Source: Mytilus edulis (Eukaryota). Taken from it: a DNA stretch of 64,000 bases. Below the pieces are notes generated by a model. That model did not search any database, had not been told where the DNA came from, and saw nothing but the letters and a program-made list of their open reading frames with translations. Position 1 is the first letter of the stretch. Every line of letters starts with the position of its first letter. The stretch is taken from NCBI RefSeq assembly GCF_963676685.1, contig NC_092353.1, forward strand, positions 34,782,001 through 34,846,000, given 5' to 3'. Shown here in pieces: positions 62,501 to 64,000 of this stretch. Both the position numbers and the translations under genes were made by a program.

Positions 62501-63796
62501 GTTATTGTCATCAATCTCGGTCCAGTCATTTTTGCCGGTGGCCGAGCACAAAATTTGTGTTGTGTATTTTTTTTCATCGATGTTAGACATTGGATGAATT
62601 TCATTGCTAATGTCAAAAAAGGTGTTACTTTCTGTAAATTTATAATTTTTTTTTCTCCGCGAAATGGTCACACTTTCCGCGTTGAACATTGAATAGGACG
62701 CGTTGTGTTGCCATGTTCAAACATTGACAAATGAAAATAACTACTGCGCATGCTCCCGCATATATAATTAGCCAAGACGATTCCACTTTCCAGTACATTC
62801 TAAAAATAAGCCTCGAGTTTAAAATTAGCGTTGTTTTCTTTTGGGGCGATAAAAAGATCGAGGGACTTAGAATTTTTTATTTTCTTTCAGAAAAAACGGT
62901 CGGTAGGTATACAAATTATTTTTTTTCCCACATCAGCTTTAAACACTTTTGAGTCGGGGGTCTGAAGGACGGTCGGTCGGGTGACTGGAAACACAACATT
63001 TTTTTTTTCTAGGCCTTGGAATCGCATTTTAGTCCAAAATGACAAAATTGCAATAATAAATGCACACAATAATTTCTGAATTTACAGTATTCATTAATTG
63101 GATTAAACAAGCATTGAAAACATTTTACTTTGCATTTATATTTTTCAAAAAATGGAGGCACTTTTGATAAAATTTCACAGAAATTAAGACTGTTGTTGGA
63201 CTGCTGTTTAAAGCGACTTAATTTGATCAGATTTTAGCTGATCTAAACTAATGGATTCATCCAAATATTGATGATTCAAGGTTAAAATGCTTTACAGAAA
63301 TAAATGACAATTGAAAATTGTTGAGCAAAAAAACATTAAGCATCAACAGAATTTCATCAATTCATACTGCATCTTCATTTTCACAAATTGACCTACTCTT
63401 GGATGAGGCTTGTATTTTCCCCAAAACTGTATCTTTATACTAATTATTGTACTGTAGTCCATTTAACAATGAGACTTGAAGTCTTGAAGTAATAAATAAT
63501 GCATAATAGTAGTCATTAAAGGTTGAAATGGATCCATTCACCTAGCAATACAACTGCATACCACTTAAAATTGCTAGAAACTGAACTCAAACTTTTTACT
63601 TTACACCAGTTCACTTGTACAGTCAACAAAAGCTACACTTAATAACAGTACAGGCTATTGACTATGTGACCACTATAAATAAGGTACTAGTATAACTTTC
63701 AGTGATCGAGTGAAAAACAAACTTACACATCTGTATCACCATATCCTTCTAGTTGAGTTGCACCCATAGAAATACCAACAATAACTGCTGGAATAA
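41414..63796 (-). CDS. Adhesion-type (family B2) GPCR, 3' part: TM4-TM7 and C-terminal tail; 5' exons lie beyond the window
   Basis: Phase-consistent exons 63727-63796, 61077-61143, 60507-60610, 58744-58870, 58018-58059, 55838-55906, 48621-48687, 47759-47844, 43577-43645, 41414-41578. Family motifs GYG...CWLS....IWAFIGP, LFGVTWVFG, FAIFNSLQGFFIFIFHC. Minus-strand AATAAA at ~41304-41309. Confidence 0.92.
43577..43645 (-). CDS. aGPCR C-tail exon
   Basis: PERKGSLLNKFGPKNQPSPIGQQ; phase 0-0. Confidence 0.72.
44062..46946. mobile_element. 2.9-kb TIR element with TTAA TSD (Kolobok-like), no intact transposase
   Basis: ttaa|ggcgaagtgtacgtaatt ... aattacgtacacttcgcc|ttaa, a perfect 18-bp TIR. Confidence 0.88.
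47759..47844 (-). CDS. aGPCR C-tail exon
   Basis: KTNSSVLTTTNELEKPYDKDLNKNLNNNL; phase 1-0. Confidence 0.72.
48621..48687 (-). CDS. aGPCR C-tail exon
   Basis: VTKTRLTTQTSFTEGSPKSSPK; phase 0-1; gtgag donor. Confidence 0.7.
49568..49866 (+). mobile_element. Short HINE-like element
   Basis: 5' atgcccc, GACA/GACG-type tract, 3' hairpin atgcccc...gaggcat followed by an A-run. Confidence 0.7.
50168..55278 (+). mobile_element. Nested cluster of three Helentron/HINE-like elements
   Basis: Outer element 50168-55278 is interrupted by 50381-52291 and by a same-family copy 52598-54860; each has its own 5' end, GAC tract and 3' hairpin. Confidence 0.85.
55838..55906 (-). CDS. aGPCR exon (helix 8 and start of tail)
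   Basis: VNEAIKHRNKKKKTSRFDSFSNT; acag/gtaag. Confidence 0.87.
55981..56226 (-). mobile_element. tRNA-derived SINE
   Basis: Minus-strand head ggtggccgagtggtctaag (A-box-like), core ctctgggcactccggttttctccacca, and (ATCA)n tail. Confidence 0.75.
56630..57760. mobile_element. Foldback element (~135-bp arms) containing a HINE-like insertion at ~56980-57630
   Basis: 56630-56763 is the inverted complement of 57628-57760; the interior has ~150-bp tandem units and a cggaatga microsatellite. Confidence 0.78.
58018..58059 (-). CDS. aGPCR exon (end of TM7)
   Basis: GFFIFIFHCLMDKR; 42 nt, phase 0-0. Confidence 0.93.
58744..58870 (-). CDS. aGPCR exon (TM6-TM7)
   Basis: TGVRSICVLAPLFGVTWVFGVLSMSKDLVVFQYLFAIFNSLQ; phase 2-0. 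Confidence 0.95.
59210..59773. mobile_element. Non-autonomous TIR element with TTAA TSD (Kolobok-like)
   Basis: ttaa|ggtggctcatgggtacaaa ... tttatacccaggagccccc|ttaa. Confidence 0.82.
60507..60610 (-). CDS. aGPCR exon (TM5-ICL3)
   Basis: VNLVILALVIRTLFRAMSSKAGRSNQSKSTLEKTK; phase 0-2. Confidence 0.92.
61077..61143 (-). CDS. aGPCR exon (ECL2-TM5)
   Basis: CWLSVDNGLIWAFIGPALVIVL; 67 nt, phase 2-0. Confidence 0.94.
61522..61686. repeat. ~165-bp imperfect palindrome, probably part of a foldback element
   Basis: agatttcac.actg.aac..gtgta.tacgata...tccactc..acagttaaattt is mirrored around ~61603. Confidence 0.8.
61722..63087. mobile_element. TA-flanked MITE interrupted by a 1.14-kb TIR element (61876-63015, 3-bp TSD TTG)
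   Basis: Outer ta|ctgtaaaatcagaa...ttctgaatttacag|ta; inner ttg|ggccta(A)n tgttgtgtttcc...ggaaacacaaca(T)n ctaggcc|ttg. Confidence 0.83.
63727..63796 (-). CDS. aGPCR exon (TM4-ECL2)
   Basis: IPAVIVGISMGATQLEGYGDTDV; 70 nt, phase 1-2. Confidence 0.92.
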
Positions 63797-64000
63797 CTGA
63801 AAGCATGAACAAATGTATAAATGGGATTTTATTTATAACTTTTACTAACTCCTTTAATGTATTTTGATTTATTATACATTTATGTACAATATAAGTTGCA
63901 TAGAAGGTTTTCTTCTCACAATTATAAATAAAGCCCATCCAAACAATGCTTTATGTTTCTCTTTCTTGTTTTCTATATAGAATCTTTCTACAATTGTCGT

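Overview
AT-rich, intron-containing animal genomic DNA. The repeat families look bivalve-like, probably Mytilus (inference from repeat architecture, not a database result). Three spliced protein-coding genes can be rebuilt by hand from splice sites and consistent intron phases. (1) Minus strand, ATG at 17471, running off the left edge: a secreted or cell-surface protein with a signal peptide and a ~1,330-aa Asp/Glu/Ser-rich region in one 4.1-kb exon (nine 34-aa repeats each carrying a casein-like SSSEE motif, plus ~18 QKTSEEEDDS repeats), then two EGF domains and several divergent cadherin repeats. (2) Plus strand, 18863-21822: a complete 3-exon, 403-aa ENPP4-7-type nucleotide pyrophosphatase/phosphodiesterase, divergent from gene 1. 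It keeps all Zn-ligand motifs but has Ala in place of the catalytic Thr. (3) Minus strand, from the right edge to 41414: the TM4-TM7 and C-tail exons of an adhesion-type GPCR. The rest is transposon-derived: Helentron/HINE-like elements (including a triple nest), TTAA-flanked TIR elements, foldback MITEs, SINEs, a SINE-tail minisatellite between genes 1 and 2, and a decayed Penelope-like RT. The best candidate for an undescribed system is the acidic phospho-motif EGF-cadherin gene paired with the nucleophile-less ENPP (a mineralisation-related hypothesis, unproven). I found no supportable gene in ~22-41 kb.
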